Below, piece by piece: positions 1 through 9,971 of a stretch of DNA of 35,776 bases; the first letter of the stretch is position 1; every line of letters starts with the position of its first letter. Source of the stretch: Candidatus Tenderia sp. (GTDB lineage: Bacteria; Pseudomonadota; Gammaproteobacteria; Tenderiales; Tenderiaceae); the NCBI GenBank assembly GCA_031416075.1, contig JANOSY010000050.1, forward strand, positions 1 to 35,776. The letters are read 5' to 3'. The translations under genes were made by a program, and so were the position numbers. Under the pieces are notes generated by a model. It did no database searches. It was given only the letters and a program-made list of their open reading frames with translations, and was not told where the DNA came from.

Positions 1-139
1 TCCGTCCAGATGGCATGAAATGCCTGAGAGTGGACGAAAACCTTGGGAATTTTTCGCTAAATATCGTTATTTTTGGCTGTTTTTAGAAAAATCACCGGCA
101 TGTGGAGGTTGCGGAGTTTGATTTTCAACGGCCTGCTAG
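1..139. mobile_element. Probable terminal end of an IS5-family-like insertion sequence with CTAG target site (rest of element outside window)
   Basis: TTTTCAACGGCCTG|CTAG at 122-139 resembles the TTTTCAACxGCCTGCTAG ends of CTAG-targeting IS5-like elements. The stop codon of the adjacent gene lies inside this motif. Confidence 0.6.
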
Positions 140-841
140 GCTCCCTTGCACATGAATAGCTGCACCATCACCGTTTTTACAATCGATCCCCCCTTTTATA
201 ATCGGGCGATTGCCATTAAAAACACTATTGCTAACCACTAAACCACCCACCACATCCATTGCACCACCGGATGAGGAGCAGTTATTGGTAAACAGGCCTG
301 AGTCGATTGTTAAAGAGGCCGTATTTGAACGTGACTCTATCGCACCGCCGTAACCAGCACTCACATTGCCATCAAAATGAACATTATTTAACGTCAGTTT
401 TCCCGCATTCAATATGCCCGCGCCGCTGTACTGATTTGTGCCGTTTACCACCGCCAGCTTAGTCAGCAGCACATTTTTGCCTTCAATAATCTCAAATATC
501 CGATCCTGCTGATTGCCGTTAATCGTCGTTAACGTACGCCCGGCCCCATTAATGGTCAGGTGATCGCGAATATCCAGGTCGCCCGTTGCGGAGAGATCTT
601 CATTGGCCCCTGTGCGTGTGAGCACATAGTTACCTTGTGGCACATTGATCACATCGGCCCCTGCCAGACTGTTTGCTGCAACAATCGCTTCACGCAGGGA
701 GCAGTCGCTGTTACAGACACCATCATTGGTATCTGCCACTTTGGTGACTGTAAAGGTTGCTGCGGAGACGTTTGTACACGCCGCCGCCACTGCCAGGGTT
801 ATTAGAGTCCGAACTGCTGTTCGTTTTGAGGGTAATTTCAT
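125..841 (-). pseudogene. Secreted CSLREA-domain / beta-helix repeat protein, probably C-terminally truncated by IS insertion
   Basis: Likely start MKLPSKR at 841 with AAGGA RBS; signal peptide ending VSA-A; motif FTVTKVADTNDGVCNSDCSLREAI; GGAI/FxxN repeats. Ends abruptly after CTAG (SLAGR*). Confidence 0.75.
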
Positions 842-1230
842 TTTCCATTCCTTGAAAAAGTAAAATACGTAATATCTACGGCCATCCATGGCCCATCACT
901 GCTAGAGCCATGGTGGCGACTACGCTATATCAATCATGGCAGTAAGTAAATTAATTTAATCAACGTAGGCAATAATATTTATTATCCATCTTTGGGTGGG
1001 TTCGCAGTCATAGGGGGTTATTAATTTTTATTACAAAATATTAAAAAACCTTAACTCCTGGCATCGTCAAACCTGGCACTCGATTAAACGATTTTATAAA
1101 GCAGCGTCTATTGCTCGGGAGGTAAGAGAAGTGACAACATAAGGCATGACTAATGAACAAAAAGGTTTTTGGTTAGAAATAAATAACAGTTTTAAGCAGG
1201 CATTAAAAGTTAAGACCTCTTAACGTGCCC

Positions 1231-1265
1231 ATTAAAAAGCCTGACCATGGGCCAGGCTTTTTAAT
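1231..1265. terminator. Intrinsic (probably bidirectional) terminator
   Basis: ATTAAAAAGCCTG...CAGGCTTTTTAAT inverted repeat with A/T tracts, just downstream of the fad cluster. Confidence 0.8.
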
Positions 1266-1299
1266 TGATTCAGGACAGATTGGATTGATCAGCGCATCT

Positions 1300-1728
1300 T
1301 TAACGACTAAAGCCTTCCGCTGAAATTGTATGCGAGGCGATAAGCGGCACATCATCAGGCTCTACAGAATCAAACAGGGTTAACGTCTCTGCGGCCCCTT
1401 TGCCAGAGCTGTAATTAACCTGGTAATCAAACATATAAAAACGACCACTGAGTACGGTGTTCACCTCAACATTTTTTAACGTATAACTCTGCACGGCCCC
1501 CAGTGACTGTTTTATATGTTCAAGATGAGTCTGCCACTCCTCTTTGGCCCGGCTGTCTGAATAGAAGCTCAGTGACTTTTCCATCACCTGCTGCTGTTGT
1601 GCCTGATAAAACGCATCGGCTGTTTTTTGCGCTACCTCGACGTCGGGCGATCCGACTGAGCACCCCGCCAGCACCAGCCACAACCCCATTAAACCCGTTT
1701 TTATTATATTACCCAACAACACTTGCAT
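1300..1728 (-). CDS. Putative lipoprotein of unknown function
   Basis: Lipobox LAG-C after a hydrophobic stretch; overlaps the thioesterase stop. GTG at 1722 is an alternative start with a better-spaced GGAGG. Confidence 0.75.
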   Translation of the reverse strand: MQVLLGNIIKTGLMGLWLVLAGCSVGSPDVEVAQKTADAFYQAQQQQVMEKSLSFYSDSRAKEEWQTHLEHIKQSLGAVQSYTLKNVEVNTVLSGRFYMFDYQVNYSSGKGAAETLTLFDSVEPDDVPLIASHTISAEGFSR

Positions 1729-2122
1729 CCTCCACTACGTTTTTTTTAATCGGTGTGGGTCGACGATTACTGTCCACCGCCACATAAGTTAATACCGCTT
1801 GTGTCACTTTAACCGGATTTTCCATTTTGTTTCGCTCGGCAAACACAGCCACCTCAATAGTGATTGAGGTAGTGCCTACCTTAATTATATCGGCGTAACA
1901 GCTGACCAGATCACCAATAAAGACAGGCTGATAAAAGGCAAATGAGTTGACCGCTACGGTCACTACCCGCCCCCCCACATAACGGTGGGCAACAACACTG
2001 CCGGCCAGATCCACCTGCGACATAATCCAGCCACCAAAAATATCACCCGCCGAATTGGTATCTGCGGGCATGGCCATCACCCGAATCATCGGCTGTTTAT
2101 CTGTGGGCATCGTATCCATCAT
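1709..2122 (-). CDS. yciA: Acyl-CoA thioesterase (hotdog fold, YciA-like)
   Basis: AMPADTNSAGDIFGGWIMSQVDLAG motif; VGTTSITIEV; TAATG coupling to the upstream synthetase. Confidence 0.9.
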   Translation of the reverse strand: MMDTMPTDKQPMIRVMAMPADTNSAGDIFGGWIMSQVDLAGSVVAHRYVGGRVVTVAVNSFAFYQPVFIGDLVSCYADIIKVGTTSITIEVAVFAERNKMENPVKVTQAVLTYVAVDSNRRPTPIKKNVVEDASVVG

Positions 2123-3873
2123 TAATGTCCTTCATACATGCTGGCAATCTCTGCCTGATGGCGCTCCATCAACTTGGCCCGTTTCAGTTTCAATGTGGGG
2201 GTCAACATCTCATTCTCCACAGTCCATGGTTCAGCCACAACCGTCACTCGTCTAATTTGTGCATAACCGGGAAAGCTGGAGAGACATTCACACAGAAGCG
2301 CAATCAACCGCTCTTCCAAACCGGCATCACGATTGATATTGCGTTTTATCATCTCCTCCTCATTAACGACCAGCAGCGCTGTCAGGAAGGGGCGATTATC
2401 ACCGATCAACATCACCTGTTCAAACAGCGGGTCGGTACCGATTGCCATCTCTACATCCGCTGGGGGCACCTTCTCACCATTGGCCAATACCAAAACATCT
2501 TTCAATCGACCTGTGATGTAGAGACGTTTGCCTTCAATCTTTGCCTTATCACCGGTATGTAACCAGCCATCGCTGTCGATCATGCTATTAGTAACTTCTT
2601 GATTATTCCAGTAACCCAACATAACCCCTGGTCCACGCAATAACAGTTCATCATCTTTACCAATGCGAACCTCCACTTCGGGCAGAGGTGGACCGACACT
2701 AAGCGGATCATTATTAGTAGGCACATTCACTGAGGCAACAGGGCTGAACTCGGTCATGCCGTAGCCCTGCAACAGATTTAAACCGAGGCCAAGAAAGGTA
2801 CGGCCCACATGCTCAGGCATCGGCGCACCACCACAGATGGCGATGCGCACCCGCCCACCCAGCTTCGCCATAATTTTACCCGCCACCAGTTTTTGTAGCA
2901 GAGGGTGCAGCAACATCACCGGCTGCCAGTGACCACGCCCTTGTGACATCTGAAATTTTCCCCACCCTGACGCCACAGCCCACTCAAACAGTTTGCGTTT
3001 AACCGGACTCTGTAATTGGGCATTGATTTTAGCGTAGGTACGTTCGTAAATACGCGGCACCGAGATCAATACAGTGGGTTTGATGGTGATCAAATCCTCT
3101 GCCAACAACAACACCGAACGGGCAAAGGCAACTGTGGCACCCGTCATCATCGGCAGGTAGTAACCGATGGTGCGTTCGAGTGCGTGTGAAAGTGGCAAAA
3201 AGGAGAGAAAAAGATCACTGCTATACACAGCCACGGCACGAATACCGGCGTGGGCATTCCATAAAATATTGGCGTGACTCAACATCACCCCTTTGGGCCG
3301 CCCCGTTGTGCCGGAGGTATATACAATGGTAGCCAGTACATCACTGCTCTGTTCCAAAGTGATCAGCTCAGCCCCTGATGCCGGCAATACAGCGTCCACC
3401 GAGTGCAGCTGCGGATCGTGACACAACGCCAATGACCAGAGATGCAGCTGCGCTGGCAATGTCTCACCTTTCAGCTCACTCCACTGCGCCAGGTTTTCGA
3501 GCAGTAAAAGTTTCACATTGGCATCGTTAAGAATATAGGCAACGTTGCCAGGACGGTCATTGACATACAGTGGCACAATCACCAGCCCCAACCCCAACGC
3601 CGCCTGTTCAAAGATCACCCACTCTGGACAGTTACACACCATCACCGCCACCCGCTCGCCCGGCTGCAACCCAAGTGCCTGCATTGCCACTTGCCAACGT
3701 GCAACCTGCGCCGCCATCTCGCGCCAGCTCAAGTCAGACCAGCGCTGCTGTTGTAAATCAAAGTAGCGATACGCCGTTGCATCAGCAGAGTGCTGAGAAC
3801 GCAAATGAAACAGCCCCGGCAGTGTGACTGCGGCGACGGGAGTGATCAGATCATCAACGATTAAAGTATCCAT
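2122..3873 (-). CDS. fadD: Long-chain fatty acid--CoA ligase (AMP-dependent synthetase)
   Basis: YTSGTTGRPKG, GYGMTE, GWLHTGD, LTPTLKLKR motifs. Start refined to ATG 3873 (GGAG RBS). Confidence 0.9.
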   Translation of the reverse strand: MDTLIVDDLITPVAAVTLPGLFHLRSQHSADATAYRYFDLQQQRWSDLSWREMAAQVARWQVAMQALGLQPGERVAVMVCNCPEWVIFEQAALGLGLVIVPLYVNDRPGNVAYILNDANVKLLLLENLAQWSELKGETLPAQLHLWSLALCHDPQLHSVDAVLPASGAELITLEQSSDVLATIVYTSGTTGRPKGVMLSHANILWNAHAGIRAVAVYSSDLFLSFLPLSHALERTIGYYLPMMTGATVAFARSVLLLAEDLITIKPTVLISVPRIYERTYAKINAQLQSPVKRKLFEWAVASGWGKFQMSQGRGHWQPVMLLHPLLQKLVAGKIMAKLGGRVRIAICGGAPMPEHVGRTFLGLGLNLLQGYGMTEFSPVASVNVPTNNDPLSVGPPLPEVEVRIGKDDELLLRGPGVMLGYWNNQEVTNSMIDSDGWLHTGDKAKIEGKRLYITGRLKDVLVLANGEKVPPADVEMAIGTDPLFEQVMLIGDNRPFLTALLVVNEEEMIKRNINRDAGLEERLIALLCECLSSFPGYAQIRRVTVVAEPWTVENEMLTPTLKLKRAKLMERHQAEIASMYEGH

Positions 3874-3984
3874 ACAGTGCTCCACCCATAAGAATTATTT
3901 TTACATTTTTTTAAAGCGCCCAAAACGCTTCTATTACCACCACAATCATTGCGAAGTGAGGTTTAATTTATTGTTCTGAGCATT

Positions 3985-4103
3985 GGTGCACTGAGTACGC
4001 CCTACATCTCTATCTGATGGACTGTACGCACGGCAGCATCGATGCAACGTCGCAAAATCCAAGAACTATACTCCCGGATTCCACCAGACTCCATTCAGGC
4101 TAC
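3985..4103. repeat. Degenerate GTAG-type REP elements
   Basis: GGTGCACTGAGTACGCCCTAC (3985-4005) and CCCGGATTCCACCAGACTCCATTCAGGCTAC (4073-4103), both ending CTAC, plus a decayed partner arm at about 4033-4063. Confidence 0.55.
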
Positions 4104-4106
4104 CCG

Positions 4107-6167
4107 CTACTTCACAGTGCCATCCCCCCACCCGGCATCCGCCTTAAAACGCTCGCCATGTTTCTGTTCCAGCTCACCGAGTTTGCGCTGCAACACCTCA
4201 CGCCCCTGCTTTTCAACATACCGCATCGGGCCACCCCGGAACGGCGCGAAGCCGGTGCCAAAGATAACGCCTCCGTCGAGCAGCTCTGGGTTTTCAACAA
4301 TCCCTTCACGCAGGCAGGCGACGGCTTCGTTGATGAAGCGCATCATCATGCGGTCGGTGATGTCGGAAGCTGCGCTGTAGTTTTGTGGCAGTGGTTGCGC
4401 GATCTTTTTGCCGTCGCTGCCGTAATGGTAGAACCCTTCGCCGCTCTTGCGACCGAGGGTTTTTGCTTCGACCATCGCTTCAAGCCGTTTGGGTACGGGC
4501 ACGTTGAACTGCTCGGCAAGATTTTTGGCCACTGACAAACAGATGTCGAGGCCAACGGTGTCAGCGAGTTCGATCGGCCCCATGGGCATGCCGAAGTCGA
4601 GCGCGGCTTTATCAATCGCTGCTGCTGGCACCCCCTCCTCTTCGAGTGTGACTGCTTCGAGCAGGTAGGGCATGAGCACGCGGTTGACGAGAAAGCCGGG
4701 GGCACTCTTGACGGGTAGTGGCAGTCTGTCAATGTGGCGGCAGAAAGCGGTGGCCTTGCGCACGACATCGGGATCAGTCGTGGCTGTCTTCACAATTTCG
4801 ACCAGCTGCATCATCGCCACCGGGTTAAAGAAGTGCAGGCCAACAAGGCGATTGGGATCATTCAACACCGTGCCCAACACCTCCAGCGGAATAGAGGATG
4901 TGTTGGTGGCGAGCAGTGCGCCGGGTTTCATGCGTGGCTCCAGCTCTTGGTATAGCCCCTGTTTGGCCTCGACGTTTTCGAAGATCGCTTCGATGATCAC
5001 ATCGGCGCGTGGTACGCCTTCACCACGAATGTCGGGGATCAGACGATCAAGCGCCTCCTGAATGGCACGTGGCTGTTTGAGTTTCTTTTTATACAGGTCG
5101 GCCGCCCGTTTGATGACACGTCCAAGTGCCTCGACGTTGCGATCCTGAATGGTGACGGTGAGGCCGCTCAGTGCACACCAGGCGGCGATGTCACCGCCCA
5201 TCACACCGCCACCAACCACATGTACATGTTTGACGTTGATCTCGCTCTTTTTGCCCAGCCCCTTCATCTGCTCCTGCAGGAAGAAGACCCGCACCAGATT
5301 CTGCGCCACGTCGCCCATCACCAGCTGTGCAACCGAAGCGGCTTCTTCGCGCATCATGCGGCGCGGGTCGTCCATGTGGTTTTGCCACAGGTCGATCATG
5401 GCGTAAGGAGCGGGGTAATGGTCGGGACGCGCCTTGCCTGACACCTGTTTACGCAGGTATTTGGCCAGCCAAGGACGCACCAGTTTGTGGTTGGTCCACG
5501 CCTTCCAGCCATGTACATGTGCAGGCGTGGGGGACTTGAGCACCAGCGCTACCACGGCCTCGTTGAGGCGGCGTTCGGGCAGGGCGTAATCGACCAGCCC
5601 CATCTTTTTGGCGGCGCGGGCGTTGACGGTGCGGCCGGTCAACATCATGTCCATCGCCGCCGGTGCTCCGATCAATGGCGGCAGGCGTACGGTGCCGCCG
5701 AAGCCGGGATGGATGCCGAGCTTCACTTCGGGCAGGCCGAGTTTGGTTTTTTGATCATCTTCAGCAACGCGGTAACGGCAGGCGAGCGCCAGCTCCATGC
5801 CGCCGCCCAGACAGAAGCCACGAATCAGCGCGACGGTGGGCATATCCATGGCTGCAAGGCGGTCGAGCACAGCCTGACCACGGCTGATCAGATCTTCGGC
5901 ATCCTTTTGGCTGCCTAGAATTGTGAACTCCTTGATATCGGCACCAGCAATAAAACCACTCGCCTTAGCCGAGGTGATCACCAGCCCGTGGGGGCGCTCC
6001 TTCTGTATCTCACCAAGAATATCGTGCAGCTCCTGCAATACATCGGCTGAGAGGGTATTGGTGGTCGCTTCGGATTTATCGATATAGAGCCAGGCAATGT
6101 CATGTTCACCACGCTCCTGACGCCAATGTTTGTAATGTTCTACCACTCTGTTCCCTGGCATAGTCAT
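4107..6167 (-). CDS. fadJ: Fatty-acid oxidation multifunctional enzyme alpha subunit (enoyl-CoA hydratase / 3-hydroxyacyl-CoA dehydrogenase)
   Basis: FIAGADI, GGGMELALAC, GLPEVKLG, GGGVMGGDIA, ATNTSSI, GLHFFNPV motifs. Confidence 0.9.
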   Translation of the reverse strand: MTMPGNRVVEHYKHWRQERGEHDIAWLYIDKSEATTNTLSADVLQELHDILGEIQKERPHGLVITSAKASGFIAGADIKEFTILGSQKDAEDLISRGQAVLDRLAAMDMPTVALIRGFCLGGGMELALACRYRVAEDDQKTKLGLPEVKLGIHPGFGGTVRLPPLIGAPAAMDMMLTGRTVNARAAKKMGLVDYALPERRLNEAVVALVLKSPTPAHVHGWKAWTNHKLVRPWLAKYLRKQVSGKARPDHYPAPYAMIDLWQNHMDDPRRMMREEAASVAQLVMGDVAQNLVRVFFLQEQMKGLGKKSEINVKHVHVVGGGVMGGDIAAWCALSGLTVTIQDRNVEALGRVIKRAADLYKKKLKQPRAIQEALDRLIPDIRGEGVPRADVIIEAIFENVEAKQGLYQELEPRMKPGALLATNTSSIPLEVLGTVLNDPNRLVGLHFFNPVAMMQLVEIVKTATTDPDVVRKATAFCRHIDRLPLPVKSAPGFLVNRVLMPYLLEAVTLEEEGVPAAAIDKAALDFGMPMGPIELADTVGLDICLSVAKNLAEQFNVPVPKRLEAMVEAKTLGRKSGEGFYHYGSDGKKIAQPLPQNYSAASDITDRMMMRFINEAVACLREGIVENPELLDGGVIFGTGFAPFRGGPMRYVEKQGREVLQRKLGELEQKHGERFKADAGWGDGTVK

Positions 6168-7474
6168 TCCCTCTCCACTGCCATTGCGCCGCCCTGACCA
6201 CCACCGATACAGAGGCTGGCGATACCACGTTTACTGTTGGTACGTTCCAGGACGTGCAGCAGGTGCAGCACGATGCGGGCGCCACTGGCACCCACCGGAT
6301 GGCCAAGACTGACACCGCCGCCATCGACATTGAGGCGGGCGCGGTCGATCTCACCGATGGCACATTCAAGCCCCAGCTCATTGCGGCAGTAGTCGTTATC
6401 TTTCCACGCCTCGATACAGGCGAGCACCTGGGTGGCAAAGGCTTCGTTGATCTCCCAGTAATCAATATCACTGAGCTGCCAGTGATTGCGGCTCATAATC
6501 GGCGCCATGGCGTGTGCCGGCCCCAGCCCCATCTGGCTTGGCTCCAGCCCGGCCCACTCGCTGTCGACGATGCGTCCCATGACGGGCAACTGATACTGTT
6601 TGACCGCCTCTTCACTGGCGAGGATCAACATCGCCGCGCCGTCGGTCACCTGGGCGCTGTTACCGGCGGTGACACGCCCGAAGTCGCGATCGAAGACCGG
6701 CTTCAATTTGCCCAGTTTCTCCACGGTGCTATCGGCACGCACACCATCGTCACTCTGGTAGACATTGCCACGACTGTCGTAAAGCGGTTCGATCTCCTTG
6801 AGGTAGCCATCACTCTGGGCCTTGGCGAGACGCAGATGGCTATCCACCGCATAGGCGTCCATCGTCGCGCGGCTGATGCCAAAGCGGTGGGCGAGGATCT
6901 CGGCGGTCTGGCCCATGGAGAGGCCCACGATAGGATCGGAGAGGCCCCGCAGCAGCCCGATGATCGGTTTAAAGTAAGCGGGACTGAGCTGTTTAAGGGC
7001 GCCGAACTTCTGGCCAACACTCTTGGCCTTGCCCCAGGTGGCGAGCCAATTGACCATCGCCAGACTGAAGAGCACCGGTGCCTGACTCATCGACTCCACA
7101 CCACCCGCCAACACCAGATTGGAACGGCCCGTGGCGATGTTTTGATAGGCACAATCGAGCGCCTGCATGCCGGAGGCGCAGTTGCGCTGCACCGTCCAGG
7201 CGGGCACCGATTTACCGCAGCCAAGACGCAGCGCCACGAGACGGGCGATGTTGGCCTCATCCGGCCCTGGCATGACACAACCGAGGATCACTTCATCAAA
7301 ATTGGCTGCTTCAAAACGTTGCCGCAGCATGAGTGGCCGCGCCGCCCCCAGCGCCAGATCAGCGGCAGGGAATGGCCCCGGCTTGCCGACGGCCTTAAGG
7401 AATGGGGTGCGGGCGCCATCAACGATAAATACGTCTCTGCCCTTACTCCTTGAACTTATCTCAAGGGTACTCAT
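6164..7474 (-). CDS. fadI: 3-ketoacyl-CoA thiolase (FadI-like)
   Basis: RTPF, NCASG, NEAFA, GHPVGASG, CIGGGQG motifs. Start refined to ATG 7474 with AAGGAG RBS; ATGA overlap with fadJ. Confidence 0.88.
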   Translation of the reverse strand: MSTLEISSRSKGRDVFIVDGARTPFLKAVGKPGPFPAADLALGAARPLMLRQRFEAANFDEVILGCVMPGPDEANIARLVALRLGCGKSVPAWTVQRNCASGMQALDCAYQNIATGRSNLVLAGGVESMSQAPVLFSLAMVNWLATWGKAKSVGQKFGALKQLSPAYFKPIIGLLRGLSDPIVGLSMGQTAEILAHRFGISRATMDAYAVDSHLRLAKAQSDGYLKEIEPLYDSRGNVYQSDDGVRADSTVEKLGKLKPVFDRDFGRVTAGNSAQVTDGAAMLILASEEAVKQYQLPVMGRIVDSEWAGLEPSQMGLGPAHAMAPIMSRNHWQLSDIDYWEINEAFATQVLACIEAWKDNDYCRNELGLECAIGEIDRARLNVDGGGVSLGHPVGASGARIVLHLLHVLERTNSKRGIASLCIGGGQGGAMAVERE

Positions 7475-7475
7475 A

Positions 7476-9932
7476 TCAAGACTCCTTCCTGTTATTGGCG
7501 CTCCAGTAATCGGGGCTGAAATCATCCACCATAATTACATCACGGCGCGCCCGTACCGCTTCACGCACGATATCCGCCTCACCCTGATCGATAATGCCGG
7601 CGGCAAGCCCGGCATCAATCAAGGCATCATCTTTAAGTTTAGGCACTTTGCCGGTTTTGATGGCTGAACGTAACATTCGGTCAACCTCTTCTGCAGCAAT
7701 CACTGTGGTCAGCGCATATTCAATACGCGCCAGCTGTTCACTCCGATCCGTCGGCACAAAAATGCCATCGGTCAGGCGGTCACGCGTTGCTGAGGGGCGC
7801 AACAGCACCGTTGCCGCCTTGTGGCCCAGCCGGTCCGTCGGCATGTGATAGCTCTTGCCCCATGGCATGATGATGAATTTTAGCACCGCCGCCAACGGCT
7901 GCTGTGGCAGATTGCGCAACAGCCCACGCAGGCTCTCCTGCAACTGGTAGAGCGAGTCATCACAGGCCCACTGCAACAGCGGCAGATCCTCCGCCGGACG
8001 GCCCTGATCGTGGAAGCGTTTAAGTGTCGCGGAGATCAGATAGAGCTGACTTAGCATATCCGCCAGTCGACCGGAGAGTTTCTCTTTACGTTTAAGATCA
8101 CCTCCCAGGGTCGACATCGCCACATCCGCCACCAAGGCAAAGGCGGCGCTCATGCGGGTCGCCTGCTGGTAGTAGTAGCGCTCACCACGGGCCTCACCCG
8201 GCACACCCTGCCAGCGGGCATTGGTGAGTCCGAGCCAGAGGGCGCGTGCGCCATTGCTGACAGTGAAGCCAATGTGGCTAAAGAGCAGTTCATCAAACTG
8301 CTGCGCGCCACGCACCTCGTTTTTATCCTGCGCCGCCTGCATCTCTTTCAATATATAAGGATGACAGCGGATTGCCCCCTGACCAAAGGTGATCATGGTC
8401 CGGGTCAGAATATTCGCCCCTTCAACCGTAATGCTGATGGGGATGGATTGGTAGACACGGCCAATAAAGTTGCGTGGCCCCATACAGATGGCGCTACCGC
8501 CTTGCACATCCATGGCGTCATTCACCACCTTACGCATCCGCTCGGTGAGGTTATATTTGGCGATAGCAGAGATCACCGATGGCTTCTCGCCCAGATCCAC
8601 CGCCCCGGCAGTCATGGTCCGCACAGCGTCCATCATATAGGTATTGGCGGCGATACGTGCCAGTGGCTCCTCCACCCCCTCAAACAGACCAATCGGGGTA
8701 TTAAACTGTTTACGGATACGGGCGTAGGCCCCCGTCGCCCGTGATACCAGCTTGCCCGCACCCACACTCAGCGATGGCAGGGAGATGGAACGACCAGCGG
8801 CCAAACACTCCATCAACATACGCCAACCCTGACCAATCCGTGCCTGACCACCGATCACCCACCCCATAGGAATGAAGACATCGGTACCTGAATTGGGGCC
8901 GTTCATAAAGACCATGCTCAACGGCGCATGACGGTTACCAATCACCACACCGGGGGTATTGGTGGGGATCAGCGCGCAGGTAATACCGATATTCTCCTCG
9001 TTACCAATCAGGTGGTCGGGATCGTAGAGCTTGAAGGCCAGCCCCAGTACCGTGGCGACCGGGCCGAGGGTGATGTAACGTTTCTCCCAGGTGAGGCGAA
9101 TGCCGAGTACCTCTTGCCCCTCAAACTGACCTTTGCAGACGATACCCATGTCCGGAATTGATGCCGCATCACTACCGGCTGTCGGGCCGGTCAAGGCAAA
9201 ACAGGGCACCTCTTTACCCACAGCAAGGCGTGGCAGATAGTAATCCTTCTGTGAGTCAGTGCCGTAGTGCAGCAGCAGCTCGGCGGGGCCGAGGGAGTTG
9301 GGGACCATCACCGTCACAGCAGCCGTCACTGAACGGCTCGATATCTTCATCACCACACTGGAGTGGGCCAGCGCCGAAAACTCCAGGCCACCATATTTTT
9401 TCGGGATGATCATGCCAAAAAAGCCGTTGTCTTTAATGAACTGCCACACTTCGGGCGGCAGGTCGTGACGCTCTTCGGTGATGTGCCAGTCATCCAGCAT
9501 CTTGCACAACTCCTCCACCGGGCCATCGAGGAACGCCTGCTCGTAGGGACTCAGTGTCGGCTCGGGGATGCGCAGCATCTTCTCCCAGTCGGGCTTGCCG
9601 CTGAACAGGTCGCCGTCCCACCAGACTGTACCGGCATCCAGCGCCTCTTTTTCCGTCTGCGACATTGGCGGCAGCGCTTTGCGCAGTTCTGGCAGGATGC
9701 GGTCGCTGATCAATGAGCGGCGCAGTGAGTTGACGTTAAGTGGTATCACCACCGCCAGTGTCACCACCCAGGCCAGCATCAGCATCACCACATCCACCAG
9801 GCGGAAGATTGTCGCCAGCAAAACCATCACTACCAGTACCGCGCTCCACTTCCACAGCGCGACCCTGGCCATCGCCAGCGACCACATCACCCCAGCCGCA
9901 ATTAAGAGCCAAATTATTGTCATGATCGCCAT
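7476..9932 (-). CDS. fadE: Acyl-CoA dehydrogenase FadE
   Basis: N-terminal TM helices; TEKEALDAGTVWWDGDLFSG, VPNSLGPAELL, CFALTGPTAGSDA, ITVEGANILTR; 818 aa. Confidence 0.95.
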   Translation of the reverse strand: MAIMTIIWLLIAAGVMWSLAMARVALWKWSAVLVVMVLLATIFRLVDVVMLMLAWVVTLAVVIPLNVNSLRRSLISDRILPELRKALPPMSQTEKEALDAGTVWWDGDLFSGKPDWEKMLRIPEPTLSPYEQAFLDGPVEELCKMLDDWHITEERHDLPPEVWQFIKDNGFFGMIIPKKYGGLEFSALAHSSVVMKISSRSVTAAVTVMVPNSLGPAELLLHYGTDSQKDYYLPRLAVGKEVPCFALTGPTAGSDAASIPDMGIVCKGQFEGQEVLGIRLTWEKRYITLGPVATVLGLAFKLYDPDHLIGNEENIGITCALIPTNTPGVVIGNRHAPLSMVFMNGPNSGTDVFIPMGWVIGGQARIGQGWRMLMECLAAGRSISLPSLSVGAGKLVSRATGAYARIRKQFNTPIGLFEGVEEPLARIAANTYMMDAVRTMTAGAVDLGEKPSVISAIAKYNLTERMRKVVNDAMDVQGGSAICMGPRNFIGRVYQSIPISITVEGANILTRTMITFGQGAIRCHPYILKEMQAAQDKNEVRGAQQFDELLFSHIGFTVSNGARALWLGLTNARWQGVPGEARGERYYYQQATRMSAAFALVADVAMSTLGGDLKRKEKLSGRLADMLSQLYLISATLKRFHDQGRPAEDLPLLQWACDDSLYQLQESLRGLLRNLPQQPLAAVLKFIIMPWGKSYHMPTDRLGHKAATVLLRPSATRDRLTDGIFVPTDRSEQLARIEYALTTVIAAEEVDRMLRSAIKTGKVPKLKDDALIDAGLAAGIIDQGEADIVREAVRARRDVIMVDDFSPDYWSANNRKES

Positions 9933-9971
9933 TCCTTTACTATTCCAAAACCATAATTGTTGTCCATAGCA

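Noticed and set aside
6254-7453. 399-aa plus-strand ORF
   Set aside because: Antisense shadow of the GC-rich thiolase gene; no recognisable motifs.
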